DNA of 64,000 nt, from the NCBI GenBank assembly GCA_001029635.1, contig CP011209.1:484970-548969 (forward strand), written 5' to 3'. Each line of letters starts with the position of its first letter. Positions within the stretch are counted from its first letter, which is position 1. Under the pieces are notes generated by a model. The model was given only the letters and a program-made list of their open reading frames with translations. It searched no databases and was not told the DNA's origin. Of this stretch, positions 20,027 through 29,659 are shown piece after piece. The translations under genes were made by a program, and so were the position numbers. The stretch comes from Candidatus Wolfebacteria bacterium GW2011_GWB1_47_1. Lineage in GTDB: Bacteria > Patescibacteriota > Minisyncoccia > UBA6257 > UBA9933.

Positions 20027-20617
20027 ATGATCGAGCATGGGCATTGTGCCGAAAAAACCGATGAGGAATTGGTCGCGCTTACTCTCCAAGACCGGGAAAT
20101 GTACGCGTGCCTGATTCGTCGATATGAAGCGCCGCTTGCGCGGTATGTTTGGCGCATCTCGGGTTATTCTGATGATGACATTGCCGATATTTTGCAAAAT
20201 GCGTTTATCAGCGCGTACCGTAATTTGAACGACTTTGATCCGTCGCTCAAGTTTTCTTCATGGTTGTATCGAATCGCACATAATGAAACGATATCTCAGC
20301 ATCGCAAGCGGCATGCCCGCCCGCAGACCATTGCAGTCGAGGAGGGAGATGATGTATTCGAGCTGCTTGCGTCCGAGGTTGATGTCGTACGTGATGCGGA
20401 TCGAAAGATGACTGCGCGCCGGATCCGCGAGGTGCTTGAAACAATGGATCCGAAGTATCGCGATGTGTTGGTGTTGAAGTTTCTTGAGGATAAGGATTAT
20501 CGTGAAATATCGGATATTCTTCAGAAGCCGATGGGCACCATTGCGACGCTTATCAATCGCGCGAAAAAACAGTTCCGAGAACGGGTTGAAGCAGGAGGGA
20601 TACTATTAACGAATTAA
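20027..20617 (+). CDS. ECF RNA polymerase sigma factor (SigW-like)
   Basis: DILQNAFISAYRNL..F...KFSSWLYRIAHN (region 2); YREISDILQKPMGTIATLINRAK (region 4). Confidence 0.93.
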   Translation: MIEHGHCAEKTDEELVALTLQDREMYACLIRRYEAPLARYVWRISGYSDDDIADILQNAFISAYRNLNDFDPSLKFSSWLYRIAHNETISQHRKRHARPQTIAVEEGDDVFELLASEVDVVRDADRKMTARRIREVLETMDPKYRDVLVLKFLEDKDYREISDILQKPMGTIATLINRAKKQFRERVEAGGILLTN

Positions 20618-21438
20618 TGATTATGAAAGATTTTTCTAAAGACATATTACATACCATAGAGGAGCGGGACATTGCGCCGTTGCCACGATGGATCTTTTTG
20701 ATGCGCCAAACCGCTTTGCTTGGCGGCTTTGTACTCTCGGTGTTAATCGGCGGAGTTTCTGTTTCCGTCATCTTGTTTGCATTAGGAGACATCGACCCGG
20801 GAGCGGAACGTATGATACGTATGCATCCCGGACCATTCTTGATTACGTATTTGCCGTATGTGTGGGTTTTAACTATGATCGCGTTTGGTATTATTGCGTA
20901 TTACGACATGCGCAGCATTAAAGGAGCGTATCGCTACCGCGCTGTCACAATCCTTAGTGCAAGCATTGTCGCGAGTATTATTGTCGGTGGCGTATTGCAT
21001 ACTGTTGGAGCGGGGCGTATTGCCGAGCGGCGATTTGCCGATGTAGTGCCGCAGTATCAAGCGTTTGAAACGCGCAAAATGCATCTTTGGATGCGTCCGG
21101 AGGATGGCATGCTTGCAGGCGTGATCGTCTCTGGATCGGCGACATCGACCCTTGTGTTGGAAGATTTTTCGGGAATACGATGGACTGTTGATGTTTCCGA
21201 TGCGGTGCAGCGAGGATTGATCTTAGGAGACTTTGGAGAGCGCGTGCGTGTGGCTGGTTCTCTTACTGGACCCGCGGTATTTCATGCGACCGATATATTC
21301 CCGTGGACCCGGCGTGGCTCTGTAATAAATCGAGAGCAAGGTATGATACGAGACGAAGTTTTTTCACGCCGATTTCCGGATGAATCTGGGCAACAAGGAA
21401 TGATGCTGCGTGAAAGAAATTTGCATCTTGCCCCGTAA
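20617..21438 (+). CDS. Membrane protein, probable anti-sigma partner
   Basis: Overlaps the sigma stop; three TM segments plus a soluble C-terminal domain. Confidence 0.6.
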   Translation: MIMKDFSKDILHTIEERDIAPLPRWIFLMRQTALLGGFVLSVLIGGVSVSVILFALGDIDPGAERMIRMHPGPFLITYLPYVWVLTMIAFGIIAYYDMRSIKGAYRYRAVTILSASIVASIIVGGVLHTVGAGRIAERRFADVVPQYQAFETRKMHLWMRPEDGMLAGVIVSGSATSTLVLEDFSGIRWTVDVSDAVQRGLILGDFGERVRVAGSLTGPAVFHATDIFPWTRRGSVINREQGMIRDEVFSRRFPDESGQQGMMLRERNLHLAP

Positions 21439-21526
21439 TAATATATGAAGGCCTTGCTGTTTGATCTGCAACCGTGCACATTGTTTGGTCCTGTAGCTTT
21501 GCCTGAAATATAAAACAGTTATTATT

Positions 21527-21964
21527 ATGAACAAAAAAATTACAGTAGGAATTATTGGATTGGCTGTTGTTGCGGGCGTCGCGGGAATCGCGGCGAGCAC
21601 GACGTATGCCAAAGGTGGTATGATGAATGGGCGCGGTATGGGTAATGCTACATCAACCGCCGCCATTGCGGCGCAGCGGGAGGTTATGGATGCTCATCGC
21701 GAAACGGTTGATAAGGCCATTCAGGCGGGAGATTATACGGCCTGGAAGGCTGCTATGAGCACGCTTCCCGGCAACGGACGAGGATCTGATATGACTAGCG
21801 TCATCACCGAAGCTAATTTTCCTCGACTCGTAGAAATGCACAAGCTTATGACCCAGGCCGATGCCATCCGGCAGGAGCTTGGCTTGAACGAGCGGGGAGG
21901 TATGGGAATGCATGGGCGCGGACAAGGTAGGGGCATGCATATTCAAGTTACTAGCACCCAATAA
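21527..21964 (+). CDS. Secreted Met/Gly-rich helical protein
   Basis: Signal peptide MNKKITVGIIGLAVVAG; AIQAGDYTAWK...ITEANF core; GMGMHGRG tail. Confidence 0.7.
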   Translation: MNKKITVGIIGLAVVAGVAGIAASTTYAKGGMMNGRGMGNATSTAAIAAQREVMDAHRETVDKAIQAGDYTAWKAAMSTLPGNGRGSDMTSVITEANFPRLVEMHKLMTQADAIRQELGLNERGGMGMHGRGQGRGMHIQVTSTQ

Positions 21965-21981
21965 AAATTTATTACCAATAT

Positions 21982-22805
21982 AAAAACACGGCGCGTGAGG
22001 CGCCGTGTTTTTTTGTTATGGATATGATATATAATTCAACTATGAAAATTGTTAAGAAAATCGTATTAGCCTTGCGTTTTATTTTATTAGACCAGGTATT
22101 TTCGATGAAAATAAAAAAGATGAGCGGGGGAGATTATTTTATTGCCGAAACAATTCCATATCAGTGCCAATTTGCCACTCCTGAGTTGGTAGCGGATATA
22201 TTGGAAAAACGTATAAAAGGAGAAGACGACCCTAATTGGAATAATTTCGGGTTTCCTGATAGAGAAGAGTATGCATATTGGAGTTGGCGGGCGTGTGGGG
22301 TTGCCTGTCTTAAAATGGTGGTTGATTTTTATGCGTTGGCGGGGAAAACCATTGGCGAACTAACGTATGAAGGAGTTAAACTTGGCGGTTATGACGTGAG
22401 TGCTGATAGAGGGTGGTTTTACAAGCCCTTACTTAATCAAGCTCAGAATTATGGATTGACTGGATATACCGTTTCGCATTTCGGCATCGCTTCCATTTGT
22501 GAGCTGATGAAGAAAAAGCGTTTCTTCGTTGCTTCTGTGAATCCATCTTTGATCCGCTTTGATAAGACCGGTGTTAATGAAGAGCCGGGCGGGCACCTTG
22601 TTTTAGTGATTGGCTGCAGGGTAAAGAGTGGGGCTATCGAAGGCTTCTTTATTCATAACCCATCGGGCAAGCTAGATGAAACGAGAAGAAAAACATTTAT
22701 ACCTATAGATGTTTTTAATAAGGCATATAGTAAAAAAGGAATTGCCATCTGGAGATAAGAGGCGCTATATAAAAAACACGGCGCGTGAGGCGCCGTGTTT
22801 TTTTG
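21982..22805. repeat. Identical 34-bp terminator hairpin duplicated at 21982-22015 and 22772-22805
   Basis: AAAAACACGGCGCGTGAGGCGCCGTGTTTTTTTG occurs on both sides of the C39-like gene. Confidence 0.92.
22042..22758 (+). CDS. C39-like cysteine peptidase family protein
   Basis: RACGVACLKM (Cys), GGHLVLVIG (His), IHNPS; AT-rich; TATAAT 6 nt before ATG 22042. Confidence 0.75.
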   Translation: MKIVKKIVLALRFILLDQVFSMKIKKMSGGDYFIAETIPYQCQFATPELVADILEKRIKGEDDPNWNNFGFPDREEYAYWSWRACGVACLKMVVDFYALAGKTIGELTYEGVKLGGYDVSADRGWFYKPLLNQAQNYGLTGYTVSHFGIASICELMKKKRFFVASVNPSLIRFDKTGVNEEPGGHLVLVIGCRVKSGAIEGFFIHNPSGKLDETRRKTFIPIDVFNKAYSKKGIAIWR

Positions 22806-22806
22806 C

Positions 22807-23406
22807 TTAAATGCGTCGCTCTAGGGCTTGTTCGAGCGTGTCCTCGTCGGCAAACTCTATTTCGCCACCCGTGGGAATACCTCGGCCAAGGCGAGTGAAT
22901 TTCTTTGCGTAGCCCTCGAGTTCATTTTTGATGACCATGGCATTGAGATCGCCGTATGTCGTCGGGTTGGTTGCGATAATTACTTCGTCGGCCTGGCCGT
23001 CCAGCTTTTTCCCGATAATGTTCTTGAGGTGGCTCATGCGCAACTTTTGGGTCGCATCGAGGATGCCACCCTTGGTCAGCTCACCAATGATCAGATAGCG
23101 ACCATTAAACCTCCTTGTTCGTTCGATAGACATGAGGTCGGTTTCTTTCTCAACTATCATGATGATATTCTGCACTCGGTGTGGATTTTCGCAGATACCA
23201 CAGAGGCTTCCTTCGTTGGAATGAATGAAGAAACAATTAGTACATACCTTGATGGAGGCGAGGTCGATGATGCCCCGTGCCGCTTCGTTAATCTTACTTT
23301 TACCGCTTCCGATCAAAAAGAAGGCGAGCCGTGTCGCTTGCCGTGGTCCAATACCTGGCAATTTTGCAAATACGTCGATGAAGTTGCGGATTTGTTGTGG
23401 GAGCAT
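22807..23406 (-). CDS. recR: Recombination mediator RecR
   Basis: LPGIGPRQATRLAF HhH, C4 zinc finger, TOPRIM EVIIATNP, GIPTGGEIEFADEDTL. Confidence 0.97.
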   Translation of the reverse strand: MLPQQIRNFIDVFAKLPGIGPRQATRLAFFLIGSGKSKINEAARGIIDLASIKVCTNCFFIHSNEGSLCGICENPHRVQNIIMIVEKETDLMSIERTRRFNGRYLIIGELTKGGILDATQKLRMSHLKNIIGKKLDGQADEVIIATNPTTYGDLNAMVIKNELEGYAKKFTRLGRGIPTGGEIEFADEDTLEQALERRI

Positions 23407-23513
23407 AAGGAATGGGGTTGGAGATTAGAGGTGAGAGGTATGAAAATAAAAATGCGTCGCCTGAGCGGCTCCCTGATTTTTGCCTCGTACCCCCGGTCTC
23501 ATATCTCGTAATA

Positions 23514-24860
23514 TCAAATTGTATGTACCGTGTCCACCTCAGTAAAGGAAACCTTTTCCGGATTCCAAAGAAGTGGAACATCTCCGAGCGGGCCGTTGCG
23601 GTGCTTGGTTACGAGTAGCGCTGATCTGTTCTTTTCTTCTGCCGACATCAAGTCTTTGACGTCGCGATTGTATCGGTGGATGAACATGACGACATCCGCG
23701 TCTTGTTCCCACGAACCGGTTTCGCGTAGGTCGGAAAGTTTTGGTTCTCCACCGCGGGATTCGATGTTGCGGCTGAGCTGCGACAAGGCAAGTACTGGGA
23801 CGTTGAGTTCGCGGGCTAGACCTTTGATACCATGCGAAATTTCGGTGAACTGTTGGACGCTGTTATCACCATGGCGACTCGGTTGAATGAGTTGTACGTA
23901 GTCGATCACGATCAGGTCAAGCTCATGTTCCATCTTGAGTTTGCGGGCCATTGAGCGAATTTGTAGAACCGTTGGGGATGGCGTGTCGTCGACATAGATC
24001 TTCATGCGGGAAAGGCGGTCGAGTGCCGCCTGGATCATCTGGAAGTCCATCTCGTCAGTAATACGGCCAGAGCGCAGGTTCCATAATGGAACGCCTGATT
24101 CGGTCGAGATAAGGCGGTCAATGATCTGTTCCTTGGACATTTCGAGCGAGAATACAGCAACTGATGCGCCGGCCTTTGCGGCACCACGCACCATGTCGAG
24201 TGTAACCGCGGTTTTACCCATAGATGGTCGAGCCCCGAGGATGATCATGTCGGACTTTTGGAATCCTGAGAGTAAATTATCGAGCCCCTTGAAGCCTGAG
24301 CTTGTTCCTGAAAGGCCTTCCATACCGAGGTTTCGTTCCATGCGCTCGTATGCCGCCTTGAGATGATCGGAGATTGGGGTAAATGCGTACGTTTTTGACT
24401 TTTGATTGATCGCAAAGATCTTCTGCTCGATCATATCGAGCATTTCGTCCGGATCTTCCTGGTTTTGGAACACGTCTTCGCTGATGCGCGCCGCAGTGGT
24501 TAATAGTTCGCGTAAGACTTTCTTTTGCTTTACTATGCCGCCATAGTGGTCTACGTGCGCGGAAGAAGGTACCGAGTTGATAAGCTCGGTTAAGTAAGAT
24601 GAGCCGCCGACGGCGTCCATCTGGTTTTTATCCTTAAGCTTATTAGTTACGGTTAGGACGTCGATTGGTTGATTCTTCTCAAACAGTTCGACTATTGACG
24701 TGAAGATCTTTTGGTGTGCGGGTACATAAAAATCTTTCTCTTCGAGAAAGTCCACAACGCGCAATATAGAGTTTTTATCGAGCATAAGTGCACCAAGAAC
24801 TGACTTCTCTGCGTCGAGATCTTGAGGCGGCACTTTCGGGTCGAGATTTCCTTTTGCCAT
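23514..24860 (-). CDS. dnaB: Replicative DNA helicase DnaB
   Basis: PPQDLDAEKSVLG, GARPSMGKT, FSLEM, IDYVQL, LSQLSR, DLRETG..EQDAD, KHRNGP. Confidence 0.98.
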   Translation of the reverse strand: MAKGNLDPKVPPQDLDAEKSVLGALMLDKNSILRVVDFLEEKDFYVPAHQKIFTSIVELFEKNQPIDVLTVTNKLKDKNQMDAVGGSSYLTELINSVPSSAHVDHYGGIVKQKKVLRELLTTAARISEDVFQNQEDPDEMLDMIEQKIFAINQKSKTYAFTPISDHLKAAYERMERNLGMEGLSGTSSGFKGLDNLLSGFQKSDMIILGARPSMGKTAVTLDMVRGAAKAGASVAVFSLEMSKEQIIDRLISTESGVPLWNLRSGRITDEMDFQMIQAALDRLSRMKIYVDDTPSPTVLQIRSMARKLKMEHELDLIVIDYVQLIQPSRHGDNSVQQFTEISHGIKGLARELNVPVLALSQLSRNIESRGGEPKLSDLRETGSWEQDADVVMFIHRYNRDVKDLMSAEEKNRSALLVTKHRNGPLGDVPLLWNPEKVSFTEVDTVHTI

Positions 24861-24928
24861 AGTCGTTCGTATACTCCATTGTATGGTAAGCAGCTGCGGT
24901 TGCCAAGTAGTTTGACAGGGCTAATAAA

Positions 24929-25603
24929 ATGGGTCTATATACATCTTTTACATATTGCTTTTTATCTGTGAATACTATTAAATTATTTCTAATGATGCGA
25001 ACGCTCTATTTTAAGGTTCCTCGGAAAATGCGCCTATTTGTGGTCCTTTTGATCATGATGTTTCTGGCATATTTTGTCGGGCGGTTTTTGCTTGCCCAGA
25101 CGAAGACCGTCCCGGGTGATTTTATGCAGGCTCGACAAGATGCTTCGCTTATTGCTCAGAATATCGTCGGCATGTCCAAAGAGTCGGCAAAGCGCATTGG
25201 CGACATTTCCGCATTGAACAACGAGAGAAAATATCCTGAGGCGCTTGAGTTAGTCAAACAGGAAATCGAACGGAATCGGCAGATCAGGGATAAGGCGATA
25301 GCCTTGTCTGGGTATCTACAGACCATGACCGTAAATGTTTCGGGCATTGAACCGAGGGTTTCTGCGGAAACAGCCCTGGAGGCTGTGAGTACCGAAGTTA
25401 CGCTTATTGGACATCTGCTGACATATAATGATTATTTGAATCAGCTGCTCGTTGCCATCAAGGGGCAGATCATGGGTGACGGTGATGTATCCGCAGAGAC
25501 CATTTCTGATCTGGTCAAGAAGATCAATGACGAATCCATTGTGGTTAATGTGATGAATGATAAGTTTAATGAACAGATGACAAAGTTCGATCGAGGATTT
25601 TAA
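24929..25603 (+). CDS. Hypothetical membrane-anchored helical protein (start uncertain)
   Basis: TM near the N-terminus, then coiled-coil-like helices; divergent from dnaB. Confidence 0.65.
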   Translation: MGLYTSFTYCFLSVNTIKLFLMMRTLYFKVPRKMRLFVVLLIMMFLAYFVGRFLLAQTKTVPGDFMQARQDASLIAQNIVGMSKESAKRIGDISALNNERKYPEALELVKQEIERNRQIRDKAIALSGYLQTMTVNVSGIEPRVSAETALEAVSTEVTLIGHLLTYNDYLNQLLVAIKGQIMGDGDVSAETISDLVKKINDESIVVNVMNDKFNEQMTKFDRGF

Positions 25604-25662
25604 TACATACAGAATATGAAACCTGTCCGAGTGGGCAGGTTTTTTGGTATACTAAAAGCACT

Positions 25663-28146
25663 ATGGCAATGGACAATCAGATACAAAAAGACGAATCCGA
25701 TCAGCACCAGATGATACAAAAGCAGGAAGCTATTCGCCTTGGGTTTTTTGAAAGCATGGATCAGGTTAATCGGGCCATACAGGGGGCAAGTGATCTTGAA
25801 CAGATGCTCGGTGGCGTTTTGGAAAAAGTATTCTCCATCTTTAATTGTGACCGCGCATGGCTTCTTTATCCGTGTGATCCTGATGCCGCATCATTTCGTG
25901 TGCCGATGGAGGTTACTCGACCCGAATATCCGGGCGCCAAAATTTTGAATGTGGATGTACCAATGAACCCGGATGTAGCTCAGAATATGCGTGAGGCGCT
26001 GGTATCTCCCGAACCGGTAGTTTATATTGCCGGTACGGATCGGCCCATTAATAAAGTTACTGCAGAACAATTTGGCGTCCAATCTCAGATATTCACTCCG
26101 GTATATCCCAAAGAGGGAAAGCCTTGGATTTTTGGCATGCATCAGTGCTCATTTCCTCGGGTGTGGACAGAGGAGGAACAACAACTTTTTCAGGAGATAA
26201 GTCGACGACTGGCTGATGGGTTAACCAGTCTATTGGCATATCGTGATATTCAGGAAAAGGAGCGATATTTCCGTGCGTTGTTTTACAACATGCTTACCGG
26301 ACTTGCTCATTGCGAGATGATTTTTAATGACCAAGGAGCTCCTGTTGATTTTCGTTATTTGGACGTCAATCCCGTATTTGAGAAGTTGACCGGACTGAAG
26401 GATGTTGTTGGTAAGTTGGTATCAGAAGTGATCCCGGGTATTAAGGAGAGTGATCCCAAATTGTTTGAAATCTATGGACGCGTAGCTTCGGGCGGCGAAC
26501 CTGAGCAATTTGAGATTTATCTCGAAGCGCTCAAAATATGGTTTTCGATTTCCGTGTTTAGTATGCAGAAAGGATTTTTCACCGCAGTATTCGACAATAT
26601 TACGGAGCAAAAAAATCGAGAATTGCAATTGAGTAAGGCGATGAACGAGCTGAAAAATGTCGTTGATGCATTGCCAAGCATCATATATGTGCTTGATACG
26701 AAATCCAATTTAATTAAATGGAACCGTCGAGCGGAGATAGCGACTGGATATTCAGCCAATGAATTAAAACAAAAGCTTTCTCTTGAGCTTATTGCAGATC
26801 ATGACCAGCCTTCGTTCATTGGAGCGATCAACGATGCGTATGATAAAGAATACGTCGAGGTTGATGCACACCTTGTTAGAAAGGATGGATCAAAACTTCC
26901 TTATCGTTGGTCAGCAGCACCGATGCGCGATGCGCACGGGGCTGATATTGGTATCATTGGCATCGGTTGGGATCTAACCGATCAGATCAAGAGTGCAGCT
27001 AAAATCGCTGCATATCAAGAACAGCAGCGCGTTATCTTGGATTCGGTTCCCGATATCATATGGATGAAGGATGTTAACGGAGTATATCTTTCCGTTAATG
27101 AAGCGTATCTTTCACGTATTGGCAAGCAAAGAGAAGAAATCATCGGAAAGACTGACCTTGATCTTTGGCCTAAAGAATTCGCCGATAAGTATCGAGCTGA
27201 TGATAAGAAAGTCACGGAAAGTGGTTTGCAGAAGCGGATGGAAGAAACCGCCCCTGACCTTAATGGGAATATTATCTGGGTTGAGACAATCAAAATTCCC
27301 GTATATGATGATGCTGGCTTATTACGTGGTATTGCAGGTGTCGCACGCGATATTACCGAGCAGAAGCAGATACGCGAGGCGCTTGAAAAGCAGGAGCTGA
27401 TCAACACGGTCGTTTCAAATAATCTGCCGATCGGCTATGCGATCAACACCATTTCTGACGGGAAGGCCATCTTTATCAATAAAAAGTTTGAAGAGATCTA
27501 TGGATGGCCGCGAGAGACTCTGACGAGCGTGGATGCATTCTTTGAGCATGTGTATCCTAACCCTGAGTTTCGTAAGAAAATAAAGGAGCAGGTAACTATT
27601 GATATCATGAGCGGAGATCCCGTACGTATGGTGTGGGAAAAATTACCTATCGTAAGGCAGTCAGGAGAGACTGCTTACATTACTGCCCGGAATATACCTC
27701 TTACTGAATATGATCTTATGGTCTCTACGGTGCTCGATGTGACTCATCAAGTGAAGGTCGAGAAGGCGTTACGTGAGAGCGAGGGGTTGCAACGGTCGAT
27801 CCTGAATACTATGCCCGAGTTGGTATTCGTTAAGGATACGGAGGGTAGATACATCACTGCCAATAAGGCATGGCTTGCGTTTGTGCATAAAGAACTCGAC
27901 GAGATTATTGGGAAGACGGATCCCGCCATTTTTCCTAAGGAGTACGCGGATACATATCGAGCTGATGATGAGGCGGTTATCAAGACAGGTTCCACAAAGC
28001 GTATCGAGGAAGCGAGCGTCGATGGCGCAGGGGTGACGGCGTGGTTTGAGACAACAAAGGCGCCTTTCTATAACGATGAGAACACAATTGTCGGTATCGT
28101 CGGCATTGCTCGGGACATCACAAGCCAGAAATCGCAACAACAGTAG
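25663..28146 (+). CDS. GAF + five PAS/PAC domain protein with no output domain
   Basis: GAF (CDRAWLLYP...FGMHQC...WTEEE); five PAS/PAC repeats ending DNIT, WDLT, RDIT, LDVT, RDIT; stop codon just after the last. Confidence 0.9.
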   Translation: MAMDNQIQKDESDQHQMIQKQEAIRLGFFESMDQVNRAIQGASDLEQMLGGVLEKVFSIFNCDRAWLLYPCDPDAASFRVPMEVTRPEYPGAKILNVDVPMNPDVAQNMREALVSPEPVVYIAGTDRPINKVTAEQFGVQSQIFTPVYPKEGKPWIFGMHQCSFPRVWTEEEQQLFQEISRRLADGLTSLLAYRDIQEKERYFRALFYNMLTGLAHCEMIFNDQGAPVDFRYLDVNPVFEKLTGLKDVVGKLVSEVIPGIKESDPKLFEIYGRVASGGEPEQFEIYLEALKIWFSISVFSMQKGFFTAVFDNITEQKNRELQLSKAMNELKNVVDALPSIIYVLDTKSNLIKWNRRAEIATGYSANELKQKLSLELIADHDQPSFIGAINDAYDKEYVEVDAHLVRKDGSKLPYRWSAAPMRDAHGADIGIIGIGWDLTDQIKSAAKIAAYQEQQRVILDSVPDIIWMKDVNGVYLSVNEAYLSRIGKQREEIIGKTDLDLWPKEFADKYRADDKKVTESGLQKRMEETAPDLNGNIIWVETIKIPVYDDAGLLRGIAGVARDITEQKQIREALEKQELINTVVSNNLPIGYAINTISDGKAIFINKKFEEIYGWPRETLTSVDAFFEHVYPNPEFRKKIKEQVTIDIMSGDPVRMVWEKLPIVRQSGETAYITARNIPLTEYDLMVSTVLDVTHQVKVEKALRESEGLQRSILNTMPELVFVKDTEGRYITANKAWLAFVHKELDEIIGKTDPAIFPKEYADTYRADDEAVIKTGSTKRIEEASVDGAGVTAWFETTKAPFYNDENTIVGIVGIARDITSQKSQQQ

Positions 28147-28183
28147 AAAGAAAAAACCTTTGATTTTTTGAACATGCTTTCAT

Positions 28184-28882
28184 GTGCTATATATGATGAA
28201 ACGAGCAGTACTTATTTCCGGATATGACGATGTACACATCAAGCCCTTATTAGTGAAGGCTGGTTTTTCTATTGTTGAAACTGACCCTGACCTTGTAATA
28301 AGTTATGGCGGGGATGGCACCTTAATGCGCGCGGAGATTGCATGGCCGGGTATACCGAAGCTAATCATCAAGGGAAGTACTATTTGCAAGTTGTGTAATC
28401 CGCTTCCGAATGAGGAGGTTTTGCGCCGGGTTACCGTAGGTGAATATACAATTCGCGATGTTTGGAAATTAGAGGCGGCCGTTGGCGATGCTGTTTTGAT
28501 TGGTTTGAATGATATTGTTCTTCATAATGAAAATCCGCGACATGCGATCCGATATCGGTTGGATATTTCCGGGCAAGGAGATCTTGGACATGAGATTATT
28601 GGCGATGGAATTGTAGTTGCGACACCATTTGGATCGACTGGCTATTATCGGAGTATTACGCACAGTTTTTTTGAGGTGGGGGTCGGACTTGCGTTCAATA
28701 ATAGCACCGAGCGTTTCGATCACATGGTGCTTCGTGACAATTCCATTATTACGGCTACGATTGTGCGCGGCCCTGCCGCAATCTATGCGGATAATCATAT
28801 GGATGTTCGCGTGTTGCATGAAGGCGATTTGATCACGATTCGCAGATCGGATCAATTCGCACGCATCATTACCGTTGTGTGA
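28184..28882 (+). CDS. nadK: NAD(+) kinase
   Basis: GGDGT, LND, GDGIVVATPFGSTGY. Confidence 0.9.
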   Translation: MLYMMKRAVLISGYDDVHIKPLLVKAGFSIVETDPDLVISYGGDGTLMRAEIAWPGIPKLIIKGSTICKLCNPLPNEEVLRRVTVGEYTIRDVWKLEAAVGDAVLIGLNDIVLHNENPRHAIRYRLDISGQGDLGHEIIGDGIVVATPFGSTGYYRSITHSFFEVGVGLAFNNSTERFDHMVLRDNSIITATIVRGPAAIYADNHMDVRVLHEGDLITIRRSDQFARIITVV

Positions 28883-28920
28883 TCTATGAATATAAAAGTG
28901 GCATAAATCGTTTTTGGTCG

Positions 28921-29143
28921 TTGTGCCCCCGCTAGGTGCCCGCTTCGCTGCACTGCGTTCCGCTTGGGGGCAGGGCGCGCAGAAGAATAATGCGCGCCCT
29001 GCATTCCGTCGCGTTGCACGCTCTCCGTCGGCTGACGGATCGCTAGCAACGACCCAAGTCACAGCTCAATCGGACTGTGCCTTCGGCGTCCGATTCCTAG
29101 GGGTAAATCATAAAACACCCCGTAAGGAGTGTTTTATGATTTG
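28921..29143 (-). mobile_element. tRNA-associated structured element (duplicated tRNA 3' end plus antisense T-arm)
   Basis: TTGTGCCCCCGCTAGG at 28921-28936 and 29141-29156; GTCCGATTCCTAG at ~29088-29100 is inverted relative to the tRNA; several internal hairpins. Confidence 0.6.
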
Positions 29144-29215
29144 TGCCCCCGCTAGGAATCGGACCTAGATTGGGAGATTAGAAGTCTCCAGTTCTATCCA
29201 TTGAACTACAGGGGC
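29144..29215 (-). tRNA. tRNA-Arg(TCT)
   Basis: Reverse complement GCCCCTGTAGTTCAATGGATAGAAC..GGAGA-CTTCTAA-TCTCC..CTAGGTCCGATTCCTAGCGGGGGCA; T-loop has TCC instead of TTC. Confidence 0.9.
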
Positions 29216-29278
29216 GGTCAGGTACATTTACTTTTGCAACTATTTCAGTATACTAAGAAAGCAATAAACTGCAACAAA

Positions 29279-29349
29279 CGGAGAGTAGTATAGTGGTAGT
29301 ATGTATGCTTTGGGAGCATATGGTCCGGGTTCGATTCCCGGCTCTCCGA
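29279..29349 (+). tRNA. tRNA-Pro(TGG)
   Basis: CGGAGAG/CTCTCCG acceptor; TATGC-TTTGGGA-GCATA anticodon arm; GGTTCGATTCC. Confidence 0.95.
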
Positions 29350-29463
29350 CTAAGATAATACACAATCAATAACATATAACCAACAACAGGGTATTAGGCG
29401 GGGGGGGAAGTATTGATTCTGATTGGCAATCTGTGTATACTTGAAAAGCAAATTTGGAAAGCC

Positions 29464-29538
29464 GCCGCGGTAGCTCAGCGGTAGAGCGTTGCCCTGAAGA
29501 GGCAAGCGTCGGGGGTTCAACTCCCTCCCGCGGCACCA
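29464..29538 (+). tRNA. tRNA-Phe(GAA)
   Basis: GCCGCGG/CCGCGGC acceptor with ACCA; TTGCC-CTGAAGA-GGCAA anticodon arm. Confidence 0.96.
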
Positions 29539-29659
29539 ATAGGGATTTGATTAAACAGAAAGAGGCTTTTGTGAGGAAAGCCTCTTTTTGTTCCCCATTG
29601 ACTTTTCTTGTTTTTTATTACAAAACTAAATTAGTATTATTCCAACTGAGGAGGTTTCA

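Noticed and set aside
23514-24860. Intein in DnaB
   Set aside because: Normal length (448 aa) with contiguous motifs.
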